Shown piece by piece: positions 1 to 9,026 of a stretch of 64,000 nt of DNA (the first letter of the stretch is position 1; each line of letters starts with the position of its first letter). Source of the DNA: a virus (lineage: Duplodnaviria; Heunggongvirae; Uroviricota; Caudoviricetes); IMG/VR virus record IMGVR_UViG_3300012348_000136, positions 1-64,000 of that record; one strand, 5' to 3'. The position numbers and the translations under genes were made by a program. The notes under the pieces are model-generated. The model was not told the DNA's origin. It saw only the letters and a list, made by a program, of their open reading frames with translations, and ran no database searches.

Positions 1-46
1 TTGGGGATTTTTGACGAAAATTTGTGAAAATTTATGAAAAAAGTTA

Positions 47-75
47 TTTACAAGCCGGCATTTTCCGTTTATAAT
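47..75 (+). promoter_or_regulatory. sigma70-like early promoter in a repeated promoter plus 5'UTR cassette
   Basis: -35 TTTACA, 17-nt spacer, TATAAT. Followed by the conserved leader gatctcgtaaggaaaaccaccac and an ATG at 104. AT-rich TTTGTGAAAA repeats lie upstream. Confidence 0.6.
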
Positions 76-103
76 GATCTCGTAAGGAAAACCACCACAG
101 AAT

Positions 104-289
104 ATGACCGAAACTGCTAAAACCGCCCGCAAGAATCTGATCGCCGAAATCGCCCGCCGCCACGCGGCTGACCGCGAGTTTGCCAAATCCGTGGCCGTCA
201 AGGAATCCACCTCGACCGCTGATGAACATGACGCAATCATCGCCGAAGAGTTTGAGCGCCTTGAAAAGGCCAGCGTGATCCTCGGCTAA
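104..289 (+). CDS. hypothetical early protein (61 aa)
   Basis: ORF directly downstream of the promoter cassette with an AAGGAAA Shine-Dalgarno sequence. Confidence 0.5.
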   Translation: MTETAKTARKNLIAEIARRHAADREFAKSVAVKESTSTADEHDAIIAEEFERLEKASVILG

Positions 290-396
290 TTTCAACGGTT
301 CTTAACTTTATGTTCCTAACTTTACTCCTAATATGCATAGGATTGTTATCTTACTATCTTAGCACATTCTTTGACCCATCTATCTAAATTCATTAT

Positions 397-552
397 GTCC
401 ATTTACATTATTGCTGCTTCTCTTGTCGGTTGGCTTTTTCCGGAGTTTCTTAAAATGCTTGCTCCTCGGAATTATAGTGTCCCTTGGACGATGAACGCTA
501 TGTGCGCTTTCATCGGCGGTGCGGTCGCACATTACCTTCTCACCCACTAATA
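397..552 (+). CDS. small hydrophobic peptide (about 51 aa)
   Basis: ORF MSIYIIAASLVGWLF.. read by hand; not in the supplied track. Confidence 0.2.
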
Positions 553-563
553 CACACTACATT

Positions 564-824
564 ATGAAAACCAAAGGATTCACGCTTATTGAACTGCTCA
601 TTGTTATCACAATTGTTGCAGCAGTTGCGATGTTAGTCTTCGGCATTGTGAATGGTGTCAACAATCCAGAAGAGTACGACTCTGATGTTGACTACACCTA
701 CTTTGCTCCAGAGATTGAAACTGCACGTTCACAACGTCGTATGGCCGAAGAAATGCAACGGCAAAATGACCTGCTGCAACGCCGCCTGGAACTCCTCGAG
801 CAACAAAACTCTAAAAATGAATGA
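564..824 (+). CDS. prepilin-like protein (type IV pilin or pseudopilin N-terminal signal)
   Basis: N-terminus MKTKGFTLIELLIVITIVAAVAML matches the class III signal motif G|FTLIELL plus a hydrophobic helix. Start refined from track ORF 519..824. Confidence 0.5.
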   Translation: MKTKGFTLIELLIVITIVAAVAMLVFGIVNGVNNPEEYDSDVDYTYFAPEIETARSQRRMAEEMQRQNDLLQRRLELLEQQNSKNE

Positions 825-927
825 AATTGCTAAAGCTCAAATTGCACTAAGAAGACTGACAATCGGTTCATCTGAATGGTGGACTGCACTCGATAAACTT
901 CGATCACTTGAACAAAAATCAAAATGA
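817..927 (+). CDS. small ORF (36 aa)
   Basis: Internal ATG of track ORF 652..927; overlaps the end of the pilin-like gene. Confidence 0.25.
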   Translation: MNEIAKAQIALRRLTIGSSEWWTALDKLRSLEQKSK

Positions 928-1328
928 AACAACCTCTACCACACCCTCATGCTAAACTTGCCCAGGAATACTGGACGGAAGCTGCCATTGACATTAATGC
1001 TTGGAAAAATTGGGAGTATCAAACAATTGATGGTGTGTGGCGTTCTTGCACCACAGCGCCTCGTTTTGAGACTTATATACAATACCGCCGCAAACCTAAG
1101 ACGATTAAGATCGGCAACTATGATGTTCCTGAGCCAATAAGAGAGGCACTGAAGAACGGGACCGGATATTACATTCCATCTTTTGTGGCGCCTAATAAAG
1201 TTTGGGCGTATTCGTGGGACGGCGGCGGTATTGACCAACACGTACTAGAGTGTGGCCTAATCCACCTCACTGCAGAAGCTGCAAGGCTCCATGCGGAAGC
1301 TCTAATCTCATTAACGAAATCACCATGA
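924..1328 (+). CDS. hypothetical protein (134 aa)
   Basis: Track ORF; start overlaps the previous stop in the usual phage style. Confidence 0.5.
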   Translation: MKQPLPHPHAKLAQEYWTEAAIDINAWKNWEYQTIDGVWRSCTTAPRFETYIQYRRKPKTIKIGNYDVPEPIREALKNGTGYYIPSFVAPNKVWAYSWDGGGIDQHVLECGLIHLTAEAARLHAEALISLTKSP

Positions 1329-1456
1329 AACGTCTTGCACAAAACTCACTTGAGATGCGAAACCTCGTGCGTCATCGCGTCGCTCCTCCAACGATTGCCT
1401 TCAAGGATCGTAAGAAGGAAATGAAGCGCAAAGCCTGCCGAAAGAAAGAATACTAA
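1325..1456 (+). CDS. small basic protein (43 aa)
   Basis: Internal ATG of track ORF 1250..1456 placed just after the stop of the previous gene. Confidence 0.3.
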   Translation: MKRLAQNSLEMRNLVRHRVAPPTIAFKDRKKEMKRKACRKKEY

Positions 1457-1468
1457 ATAACTACTTCT

Positions 1469-2155
1469 ATGGGAATGTTCGACTACTTTGAAATCAATAC
1501 GTCTCTATTGCCAACTGTTCCTAGTGAACTGATGGTGAGAAAAGATGGTTATTTTGTATTTCAGACAAAAGACACTGAAATGCGGGCAATGTCGACGTAC
1601 ATTCAGAACGCGTCCGGTAGGCTGATCTTAAAGAACACAACTGGTGAATTTGTCCCAGGTGAACCGGTTGGCGAAGATGCAGACTTTTTTGCAAAGCTAA
1701 ATTCAATAGGTTCATATGTCGTAAAAGACACATGGTATGAAGAGCAGCAAATAACAGACACAATTAGTTTTTACACTAGCCTAAGGCATCCGAAGTCTGA
1801 CAACAGCGATCGGTATGTTTACGGCTGGGTTGAATATTCCGCAAAGTATGAGTGTGGGAGTCTACAAGGCATCACGCTAAAAGAGTATACACCTCCTAAA
1901 GAATACACTGATGATGAATTGGCTGTTGAGAGATTAGCTAAGGAAAAAGCACGTGCACATTTTCAATCAAAGCTGATAACTATCCGAAAAGAAAATCCAA
2001 CACCCGAACAGCATCTTATTGATTCTATTTCAGCGATTTGTCGTAACGATGAAGCGCTATATGATGAAACTGATTTGATTCGCGCGATAAATTCTATAAA
2101 CAACCTAATTGAGGTATATCGAGAAAAGCATGATCCACATTACAGACCAACCTAA
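1469..2155 (+). CDS. hypothetical protein (228 aa)
   Basis: Track ORF. Confidence 0.5.
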   Translation: MGMFDYFEINTSLLPTVPSELMVRKDGYFVFQTKDTEMRAMSTYIQNASGRLILKNTTGEFVPGEPVGEDADFFAKLNSIGSYVVKDTWYEEQQITDTISFYTSLRHPKSDNSDRYVYGWVEYSAKYECGSLQGITLKEYTPPKEYTDDELAVERLAKEKARAHFQSKLITIRKENPTPEQHLIDSISAICRNDEALYDETDLIRAINSINNLIEVYREKHDPHYRPT

Positions 2156-2303
2156 AGAAAGACTCTATGAATATAGAGGTAAGCAATTCAAATGCGATGA
2201 AAGAACAATCGCTGCTCTAAACTATGCACTTGCATTAAACGGCAGCGAGGAAAGATATGTTCTTGTAACAAAAACCAAAAAGACAAATGGCAACGACGAA
2301 TGA
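2130..2303 (+). CDS. hypothetical small protein
   Basis: Track ORF 2109..2303 trimmed to an internal ATG. Confidence 0.3.
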   Translation: MIHITDQPKERLYEYRGKQFKCDERTIAALNYALALNGSEERYVLVTKTKKTNGNDE

Positions 2304-2580
2304 TATCACTGGCGCCGAAATTAAAAGCGGCATCTATAGCGCACAAGGACGCGATAACCATGATCGTATCTTTGCGAAAAAGACTGCGGCTGAATGGCTA
2401 GAGTTCCTACCGGAATGCAAAGGATGGACTATCCTTGATCCTGATGGCTGGCGCTACGATGACGGAATCACGCTTGAGTCAAAGATTTCATGCACGGAAT
2501 TTATTCGTCGCTTTAACAAAAGCACTAGAAGCATTATATTAGGTCCAGTTTTGCAACCGAAGAAAAATGACGAAGTATAA
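2287..2580 (+). CDS. hypothetical protein (97 aa)
   Basis: Track ORF. Confidence 0.45.
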   Translation: MATTNDITGAEIKSGIYSAQGRDNHDRIFAKKTAAEWLEFLPECKGWTILDPDGWRYDDGITLESKISCTEFIRRFNKSTRSIILGPVLQPKKNDEV

Positions 2581-2848
2581 CATAATCATTAGCGAAGGCT
2601 GCACTGCTTTCTACACTGACGTGAACGGAAAGACTGTCGGTGGGAGCTATGAACCAACACGATTGACGGAAGAAGAAGAAAACGAACTTGTTGATTATCT
2701 GCTTGTCAAAGTCAAAGAAGGTATCACAAATAGCACAATTAGTCTTAACGCATTGATTGGTCTTTTTCAATATGATGACTACGAGACTGATGAATATTCG
2801 TGTGAGCAATGCGGAGATTCCGTAAGCCGAACAATTTACAACATATGA
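2567..2848 (+). CDS. hypothetical protein (93 aa), Cys-containing C-terminus
   Basis: Track ORF. Confidence 0.45.
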   Translation: MTKYNIIISEGCTAFYTDVNGKTVGGSYEPTRLTEEEENELVDYLLVKVKEGITNSTISLNALIGLFQYDDYETDEYSCEQCGDSVSRTIYNI

Positions 2849-3240
2849 GCTACAATCTTTTTCTTGATGATGTTCGTAAACCCGACGATGCATGGTTGTA
2901 TGATCAAAAAGTAAAGTTGTGCGAGGCAAGCAACATTCACAACTGGGTGATTGTTCGCGATTATGACCAATTTGTCAAAATGATCCGTGACGGCGGTATT
3001 CCTACTGTCGTTTCATTTGACCATGATCTTCACTTTGAACATATGCGTCATTACTTTGATGTCACGTCCAAATGCGGAGTCGTTGAGTATGGTAATCTCA
3101 AGTATAAGACAGGACTATCATGTGCACAGTACCTAATTGATGCCTGTCGTGAAAAGAACGTGTCTCTTCCACGCTGTTATGTTCATAGTGCAAATGAATG
3201 GGGTCGCGAAAACATCAAGAAACTACTTGGGATTGACTAA
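2845..3240 (+). CDS. hypothetical protein (131 aa)
   Basis: Track ORF 2809..3240 with start moved to the ATG at 2845. Confidence 0.45.
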   Translation: MSYNLFLDDVRKPDDAWLYDQKVKLCEASNIHNWVIVRDYDQFVKMIRDGGIPTVVSFDHDLHFEHMRHYFDVTSKCGVVEYGNLKYKTGLSCAQYLIDACREKNVSLPRCYVHSANEWGRENIKKLLGID

Positions 3241-3249
3241 AGTTTTTTA

Positions 3250-3278
3250 TTTACAAACCGGAAGATTTGGTTTATAAT
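3250..3278 (+). promoter_or_regulatory. sigma70-like promoter
   Basis: TTTACA-N17-TATAAT. Confidence 0.55.
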
Positions 3279-3292
3279 AGTTCTATCAAACA

Positions 3293-3379
3293 ATGGTTTT
3301 ATTACTTTTACTTTTAATTTGTTGGGGCGAATGGGAAATTGCCTTAATGCTATACATACTTACATTAATCTTTGATTAA
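3293..3379 (+). CDS. small hydrophobic peptide (28 aa)
   Basis: Hand-read ORF MVLLLLLLICWGEW.. directly after the promoter. Confidence 0.2.
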   Translation: MVLLLLLLICWGEWEIALMLYILTLIFD

Positions 3380-3382
3380 ACT

Positions 3383-3487
3383 ATGAGCTACGGTATCCTA
3401 TTCATACTTGCGATAATTGCATACGTGTGTGATTATTGCATAGTTGCTGCAATATTGTTATTCTTATTCTTTCTTTTAGATGACTAG
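3383..3487 (+). CDS. small membrane peptide (34 aa)
   Basis: Hand-read ORF MSYGILFILAIIAYVCDYCIVAAILLFLFFLLDD; its stop overlaps the next ATG. Confidence 0.3.
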   Translation: MSYGILFILAIIAYVCDYCIVAAILLFLFFLLDD

Positions 3488-3827
3488 TGACATTTACTAC
3501 ACATACGCAACACGTGAAGAGCTACTTGCGGTAGGTGCAGATCCTGAGCATATCTTCGAGAACATTGCGCCTGATGGAGATACAATTCCATTACAGCAAG
3601 CGTCTCTAACCGAAGAACAATGTCATGCACTTATTCCTCAAGGAGGATATTGTTATTCTCGAAAGAATGGTAAGTTTGTCTATTGTCCTTTCCTTGACTC
3701 TATTCCAACTATGCCTAAGCAAAGCAATGGCTTTTGTCACTACCTTAAGCAAGGTGACTTCACCTCACCCGGTACAGATTTGCTTTGGGATAGCTGCAAA
3801 TGCTGTGGAGTAAAAGATTATGAATAG
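3480..3827 (+). CDS. hypothetical Cys-rich protein (115 aa)
   Basis: Track ORF. Confidence 0.5.
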   Translation: MTSDIYYTYATREELLAVGADPEHIFENIAPDGDTIPLQQASLTEEQCHALIPQGGYCYSRKNGKFVYCPFLDSIPTMPKQSNGFCHYLKQGDFTSPGTDLLWDSCKCCGVKDYE

Positions 3828-4164
3828 TAACATGACAACATTTAAAATTCGCGGAGAGACTATATATGACCGCATGAAGCAGTTTGCAGATCATTTAACC
3901 AAAGAGGGTATACAAGGTCGCGAACGTACCAAATTATTCAATCGGTTCTGCAAAGACCACCTTCGCGAAGGTAAGTATCTCATCAAGGTATCGCGAAAGA
4001 ATAAACAAAACTATTGCGGCGAAGGCAATCTATACATTGACTATACATACACTGCGGACGGATGGCTTGTGTTAAGTAAACGCGCAAATGCTCAATGGTT
4101 TACGGCAAAGGAAGCCGCGGAATTTGTAAGCCGCGTTAAAGGATTTAAAGTAGTGAAAAGGTAA
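3820..4164 (+). CDS. hypothetical protein (114 aa)
   Basis: Track ORF. Confidence 0.5.
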   Translation: MNSNMTTFKIRGETIYDRMKQFADHLTKEGIQGRERTKLFNRFCKDHLREGKYLIKVSRKNKQNYCGEGNLYIDYTYTADGWLVLSKRANAQWFTAKEAAEFVSRVKGFKVVKR

Positions 4165-4165
4165 T

Positions 4166-4381
4166 ATGATTCCTGAAAAAGATAAAAAGTATGCAATCGC
4201 TTTTCATCACCCACATTGGCGTGAATGCGACTTTGTTGGGATTGCGATGTGCAACGGCGAGCTAGATGGATTTGGTGAAGAAGACGACTATGAACAGTGG
4301 TATGGCTTCGTTAATCCAAAAGATCCAGACGACACTCTGTTCTTTGCATCTCAAGATATCGTATGTGAAGTGAAAGAATAA
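4166..4381 (+). CDS. hypothetical acidic protein (71 aa)
   Basis: Track ORF. Confidence 0.45.
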   Translation: MIPEKDKKYAIAFHHPHWRECDFVGIAMCNGELDGFGEEDDYEQWYGFVNPKDPDDTLFFASQDIVCEVKE

Positions 4382-4382
4382 T

Positions 4383-4559
4383 ATGGACCCGAACATTGAA
4401 AAGATCATAGAACTCGAGAAGGAAAAATCTGAGCTTGAGACTGAAGCTATTTACTTATACCAGACGTTGTGTAATATCCTAAGTATTGCTAGCGTTAATG
4501 GGCAGGTGTTTTATGTTGCCAACTCTGCGGTAACTGCATACGAACAACGCCGAAAGTAA
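4383..4559 (+). CDS. small ORF (about 58 aa)
   Basis: Hand-read ORF MDPNIEKIIELEKEKSELE.. in the gap between track ORFs. Confidence 0.3.
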   Translation: MDPNIEKIIELEKEKSELETEAIYLYQTLCNILSIASVNGQVFYVANSAVTAYEQRRK

Positions 4560-4561
4560 AC

Positions 4562-4846
4562 ATGGACATAACGATCAAAGCAAAAAATGGAGACATTCAT
4601 GAATTTGAATTTTTTAAATCGTGGGGTTTAAGAAATCCAAATACATGTGTATTCCAATACTATTGCCGTCGCAGCGATAATATTGAAATGGGAATACAAA
4701 TACTACCTCTTATGTTTTGGAAAGCATTTGGATTTTCGAGAGATTACTTTAATGATTTACGTATGAATGCCAAACATCGCCGTCGCATATTCATCGGCCT
4801 CGGCTTCTTTGAATTATTTTATGACGTATATGACAATGACGCGTGA
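4562..4846 (+). CDS. hypothetical protein (94 aa)
   Basis: Track ORF. Confidence 0.45.
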   Translation: MDITIKAKNGDIHEFEFFKSWGLRNPNTCVFQYYCRRSDNIEMGIQILPLMFWKAFGFSRDYFNDLRMNAKHRRRIFIGLGFFELFYDVYDNDA

Positions 4847-4847
4847 A

Positions 4848-5309
4848 ATGAAATTCCGTCTGTGGGACTATGAAAAGAAGACTATGGTTTACGCCGATAG
4901 TCTGCAGCAATTGTCGTTGATCGTTAAAGAGAGCGGTAAGTCATATGATCAATTTGCAATTCAGCAATTTAGCGGTAAGTATGATATTTATAAATTCCCG
5001 ATTTACGATGGAGACATTGTTGAATTAGTTCTTGCGTTGCAGACAGATGACCATGGTCGCAAACACGGTCCTGCAGATTCATTTGGTGTGTATGAAGTCT
5101 TCTATCGTGAGCGCAGTGCTGCATACTTCCTTCGTGTACATCGCAGTAATTGGCTTGATACATGGTTCACAACTGAGAAGCAAGCTGCCAAACTAACGAT
5201 TGATCCATTGTGTCCACATGTGACATGCTTGGAACGTGAATTGGGTAACTTCGGTATTATGCACGTCATCGGCAACATCTACGAAAACCCTGAACTACTA
5301 GAACAATGA
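4848..5309 (+). CDS. YopX-like phage protein, paralogue 1
   Basis: N-terminus MKFRLWDYEKK and C-terminus IGNIYENPELLEQ are shared with the next gene. Start chosen among several in-frame ATGs. Confidence 0.5.
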   Translation: MKFRLWDYEKKTMVYADSLQQLSLIVKESGKSYDQFAIQQFSGKYDIYKFPIYDGDIVELVLALQTDDHGRKHGPADSFGVYEVFYRERSAAYFLRVHRSNWLDTWFTTEKQAAKLTIDPLCPHVTCLERELGNFGIMHVIGNIYENPELLEQ

Positions 5310-5668
5310 GCAGAGAACTTAAATTTAGAATCTGGGATAAGCAGATGCGATACTTCTTATCTGAAACTGAAGCTCGTCATTATTTTTGTTATGATATCTT
5401 TACACAAAGCGATTTTATCGTTCAACAATACACTGGCTTGAAAGACAAGAATGGTGCTGAGATTTATGAAGGTGACATCGTTCGTGCAGTTACTGTGAAT
5501 GATGGGACTGAATTCTATGCACCGATTGTATTTTCTCCATGGGCGGGTTATTACCTTGACAGCCCAATTGAGTCATGCGATCGCGACGTATATGATGGCG
5601 GTGTTAGTATTGGAACAGAATGCGAAGTCGTCGGCAACATTCACGAAAATCCCGAACTACTAGACTAA
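5306..5668 (+). CDS. YopX-like phage protein, paralogue 2
   Basis: N-terminus LKFRIWDKQ; C-terminus VGNIHENPELLD. Confidence 0.5.
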   Translation: MSRELKFRIWDKQMRYFLSETEARHYFCYDIFTQSDFIVQQYTGLKDKNGAEIYEGDIVRAVTVNDGTEFYAPIVFSPWAGYYLDSPIESCDRDVYDGGVSIGTECEVVGNIHENPELLD

Positions 5669-5669
5669 C

Positions 5670-5867
5670 ATGGCATACATCCAAGAACAATACTGTAAAG
5701 CATGTGACTGTGTAAGATCATTCATAAACAATGTCTGTCCACAATGCGAGGAGCGTAAACGTCGAACCGAAATGGCTGCATGGCAAGCATTAACTTCTGA
5801 TGAAAAGTTGCTTGACATTCACCGACGTTTGCTTGCACTTGAAAACCGTAAAGAAATCAGATACTAA
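5670..5867 (+). CDS. zinc-ribbon protein (65 aa)
   Basis: CxxC...CxxC spacing (CKACDC...CPQCEE). Confidence 0.45.
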   Translation: MAYIQEQYCKACDCVRSFINNVCPQCEERKRRTEMAAWQALTSDEKLLDIHRRLLALENRKEIRY

Positions 5868-5868
5868 A

Positions 5869-6309
5869 ATGACACCAGCTGCTTCACTATTTAAGATTTG
5901 GAACAAGACACTAGGATGTTACGATGACCCATCGGATTACGCTCTACAATGCAACTTATATGCATTGCGTTATGATTGGAAGTCTGACTCTCAGCATACA
6001 CGTTCATGTGGACCGGTTTATTCTGAATATGCAGTTCAACTTTTTAGTGGACTGTTTGATAAAAACCGCAATCCAATTTATGATGGCGATTTTTTGATTG
6101 ATGAATCTGAATCTCGAAATGATATGTATTTCATTTATGAGGTCAGTATGTACTGCGGTAGCTATCGTAAGCCATACATCTATAAAGCATTTGCGAATTC
6201 GGATCAAGTCCACGTTGTTGGTCGAGTGAATAATGATGAAGCGCTTGACTTTTCTAAGTTGTCTATAGCAGGCAGCATATATTCAACTCCTCTTAATGTA
6301 TACCGATGA
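5869..6309 (+). CDS. hypothetical protein, possibly a YopX-like paralogue
   Basis: Internal ATG of track ORF 5800..6309; N-terminus LFKIWNKTL. Confidence 0.45.
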   Translation: MTPAASLFKIWNKTLGCYDDPSDYALQCNLYALRYDWKSDSQHTRSCGPVYSEYAVQLFSGLFDKNRNPIYDGDFLIDESESRNDMYFIYEVSMYCGSYRKPYIYKAFANSDQVHVVGRVNNDEALDFSKLSIAGSIYSTPLNVYR

Positions 6310-6491
6310 ATGATTACAACAAATATCCAGTCATACTTAGTGCAGAGTACATTCATGTCGATGATTTAACAGTCGCGACTTTAGAATCATGTGATATGAA
6401 TAGAGATATGATTCGGTTAAAGTGTTTAGATTCTCCATGGATCTTTGAATCTAATCATGCTACGTTTGCATACTATTGGAAACTCAAATGA
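6306..6491 (+). CDS. hypothetical protein (61 aa)
   Basis: Track ORF. Confidence 0.4.
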   Translation: MNDYNKYPVILSAEYIHVDDLTVATLESCDMNRDMIRLKCLDSPWIFESNHATFAYYWKLK

Positions 6492-6757
6492 ACATCTATC
6501 CTCCTGATAAAGAAGCGACGTATTACATAGAGTATGATAAAGAATGTAAAGAGGTCACGTTGTATCGTCGACACTTCTTTATGGATCATGCTGAATTTGA
6601 AGAATTAAAGAAAAGTGGAGATCACCATCCATTCATTACCAATGAAGGTCACCCTTATCAAATCTTTCGTTTGCCAGTGCCTCCTCTTGGGTGTGTGCCT
6701 GACATTACTTGGTATCAATGGATGGTGAACCGCTTAAATTCTCCATTTCTGAACTAA
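6476..6757 (+). CDS. hypothetical protein (93 aa)
   Basis: Track ORF. Confidence 0.4.
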   Translation: METQMNIYPPDKEATYYIEYDKECKEVTLYRRHFFMDHAEFEELKKSGDHHPFITNEGHPYQIFRLPVPPLGCVPDITWYQWMVNRLNSPFLN

Positions 6758-6781
6758 AATTCGCTGTGATGAATTTTCTTG

Positions 6782-6810
6782 TTTACATTTTCGACAGTTT
6801 GGTTTAAAAT
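6782..6810 (+). promoter_or_regulatory. sigma70-like promoter
   Basis: TTTACA-N17-TAAAAT; ATG at 6817. Confidence 0.5.
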
Positions 6811-6816
6811 ACAAAC

Positions 6817-7350
6817 ATGATTGATCGAGTATTCTGGGACATTGACGAAACGCTAATTCACACTGAGTTTAGCCCGTTTGGAGAAGGCTTTAATGACGTT
6901 CGACTCGTACTCGAAGATCACATATACTATACAAAGATTCGACCGTGCAGCATGCATCTTGTTGAATTTAGTCGTCAACTTGTAGGTTCCGAAAATGTTT
7001 ACATCCTGACGACAGCGACTCGTGATTACGCGCAAGAAGTTAATCGTCTTGCTGGTTGGAACTTTCCACATAGTCATATCTACTCTCGCGAGGACTTAAA
7101 GAAGCACCGTTACTCTACTGCATATGGTGGTTCTGGAACGGCGCAGAATAAAGAAATTGCATCAAGTAATAATGTCTTAATTGACAATTTGCCTCCTCGT
7201 GAGAACTGGGACAAGATGTCTTTCATCGGAATTGATAGTGGACGCTACTTGAAGATCCAAGATTACTACGGCGTAGATTTTCCAGATTGCGCCTTTGTCG
7301 AAGACGTCGAAAAATTCTTACTTAAACTACACAACAATGAACAACACTGA
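6817..7350 (+). CDS. HAD-superfamily phosphatase-like protein
   Basis: N-terminal FWDIDETLIHT matches HAD motif I (DxDxT). Confidence 0.5.
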   Translation: MIDRVFWDIDETLIHTEFSPFGEGFNDVRLVLEDHIYYTKIRPCSMHLVEFSRQLVGSENVYILTTATRDYAQEVNRLAGWNFPHSHIYSREDLKKHRYSTAYGGSGTAQNKEIASSNNVLIDNLPPRENWDKMSFIGIDSGRYLKIQDYYGVDFPDCAFVEDVEKFLLKLHNNEQH

Positions 7351-8323
7351 AGACATCCGCAAAAAGGAAAAGAAACTATCTCGCGATCACTGGATGTGTC
7401 GCATCCAAAAATACGCATTTGACATTGATGCACCTTCATACTACATGGGATACTGTCCATTCTTCTGGATGACATGGGTTGCGGTTGTATTGTTTCCAAT
7501 CATCTACGTTGGCCGTGTGTGTGCGAAACATCTTGTTAAGTTTAACGATTACTTAGACAGTAGGAGTAAGCCTATCCGCAATGCTATCACGAAGTCTGCT
7601 GATCCGTTTCGACCATTGCAGCCGACACACGAAGAGCTATGTCTCATTGCAGATTACCTCGATGAATTTGAGCAGTATCGGGATAATGAAAAACGCGACA
7701 GGGGATCATTGTTTGCATTCCTAAACATTTATGTAGATCTTCGTAACTATACATATAAATGCTCAAAACGTATTAGTAGATGGTTTGACGAAAATCCAAA
7801 TTGGCAAGAGACACATCTGCCAATTGCACGTGAATATGAAAAGAAGCTAGCAGCTGAAAGAAAGCTTGCAGAAGAACGCGAAAGACAAAAAGCGCTTCGT
7901 CGCCGTAAGGTTTCTAATTACACCAGCATCTGTGGGAAGTTTCTTTTTAAGATCATTATCCCGATTCTTATTGGTGCATTGGCTTTTATTGTGTACAAGC
8001 TTCTTGCGCTTGCATATGCAACAATCACTCTATTTGCAGTCCTTACAGTGTTACTTGGATCAATCGTCGCAGGTATCAGTTACTATCTAACACTCATCAT
8101 TTGCGACTTCCTCAAATCATTTGTCCTCACTGATAAAACTGCCGATACTTTCTGTGGAGTTATGGGTCGGATCACCGATTGCTTTGGGCGTATTGGAAAC
8201 ATGATTAAATCTGTGTATGCATTCATTGTTGATACCGTGAAGTTGACATACAAAGCAGAATGTCCAATGATCATCTGGGGTGAAGAAACCGGAAAAATTA
8301 CACGTCGTGAAAAAGAAATGTAA
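7337..8323 (+). CDS. integral membrane protein
   Basis: Several long hydrophobic helices (FFWMTWVAVVLFPIIYVG; ILIGALAFIVYKLLALAYATITLFAVLTVLLGSIV). Confidence 0.45.
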   Translation: MNNTEDIRKKEKKLSRDHWMCRIQKYAFDIDAPSYYMGYCPFFWMTWVAVVLFPIIYVGRVCAKHLVKFNDYLDSRSKPIRNAITKSADPFRPLQPTHEELCLIADYLDEFEQYRDNEKRDRGSLFAFLNIYVDLRNYTYKCSKRISRWFDENPNWQETHLPIAREYEKKLAAERKLAEERERQKALRRRKVSNYTSICGKFLFKIIIPILIGALAFIVYKLLALAYATITLFAVLTVLLGSIVAGISYYLTLIICDFLKSFVLTDKTADTFCGVMGRITDCFGRIGNMIKSVYAFIVDTVKLTYKAECPMIIWGEETGKITRREKEM

Positions 8324-8591
8324 TTATGTCTATGATGAAACATCGTGTATGTTCGTATGTGGCACATGTAAGAACGAAATAGTTGCGCATAGCCAAAGTG
8401 ATTTCAACCGAAAGAAAAGACAAAAGAAATGCCGTAAGCCTCAAACGTCTATGGAACATTTGGGCAAAGGCGATGGGTCAAAAAGCAACTGATCATGATG
8501 GAGAAGCAGATATTGCTGCAATCATACGAACCGTGTTCTGGGTGGTTAACCTCATTACCTGCTTCTTCATTATGGCCAACACAATAAGACA

Positions 8592-9026
8592 TTGGTAAAG
8601 ATGGATACAAAGCAAGTCATTGTCATGCGCAAAGATCTGAATATGCGCAAGGGCAAAATGTGCGCTCAGGCTAGTCATGCCAGTATGTCATTCTTAACAA
8701 AGAACGGATCTGTCTGTAGAGATTGGCGTGATGAAGATTGGTGCGTCATCGAGTTTTGTTCTAGCACATATGAAATAGAAAAGTATGAAGACGAAATCAA
8801 TCACTGGTTGCAAAATTCTTTTCGTAAGATCACTGTCTATGTCAACAGCCAAGAAGAACTAGAAGTAATTCATCAAAAAGCTCTTGATGCCAAACTAATC
8901 TCTCATTTGATTATTGATAATGGGGCGACCGAATTCAATGGAGTTCCTACAATGACATGCTGCGCAATTGGACCGCATTGGGACTCTAAGTTTGAAGGAA
9001 TTACTAATCACTTACCGCTACTATAA
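8592..9026 (+). CDS. peptidyl-tRNA hydrolase PTH2-family protein
   Basis: KQVIVMRKDLNMRKGKMCAQASHAS matches the PTH2 signature (..V.R.DL.M.KGK..AQ..HA). Confidence 0.55.
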   Translation: MVKMDTKQVIVMRKDLNMRKGKMCAQASHASMSFLTKNGSVCRDWRDEDWCVIEFCSSTYEIEKYEDEINHWLQNSFRKITVYVNSQEELEVIHQKALDAKLISHLIIDNGATEFNGVPTMTCCAIGPHWDSKFEGITNHLPLL

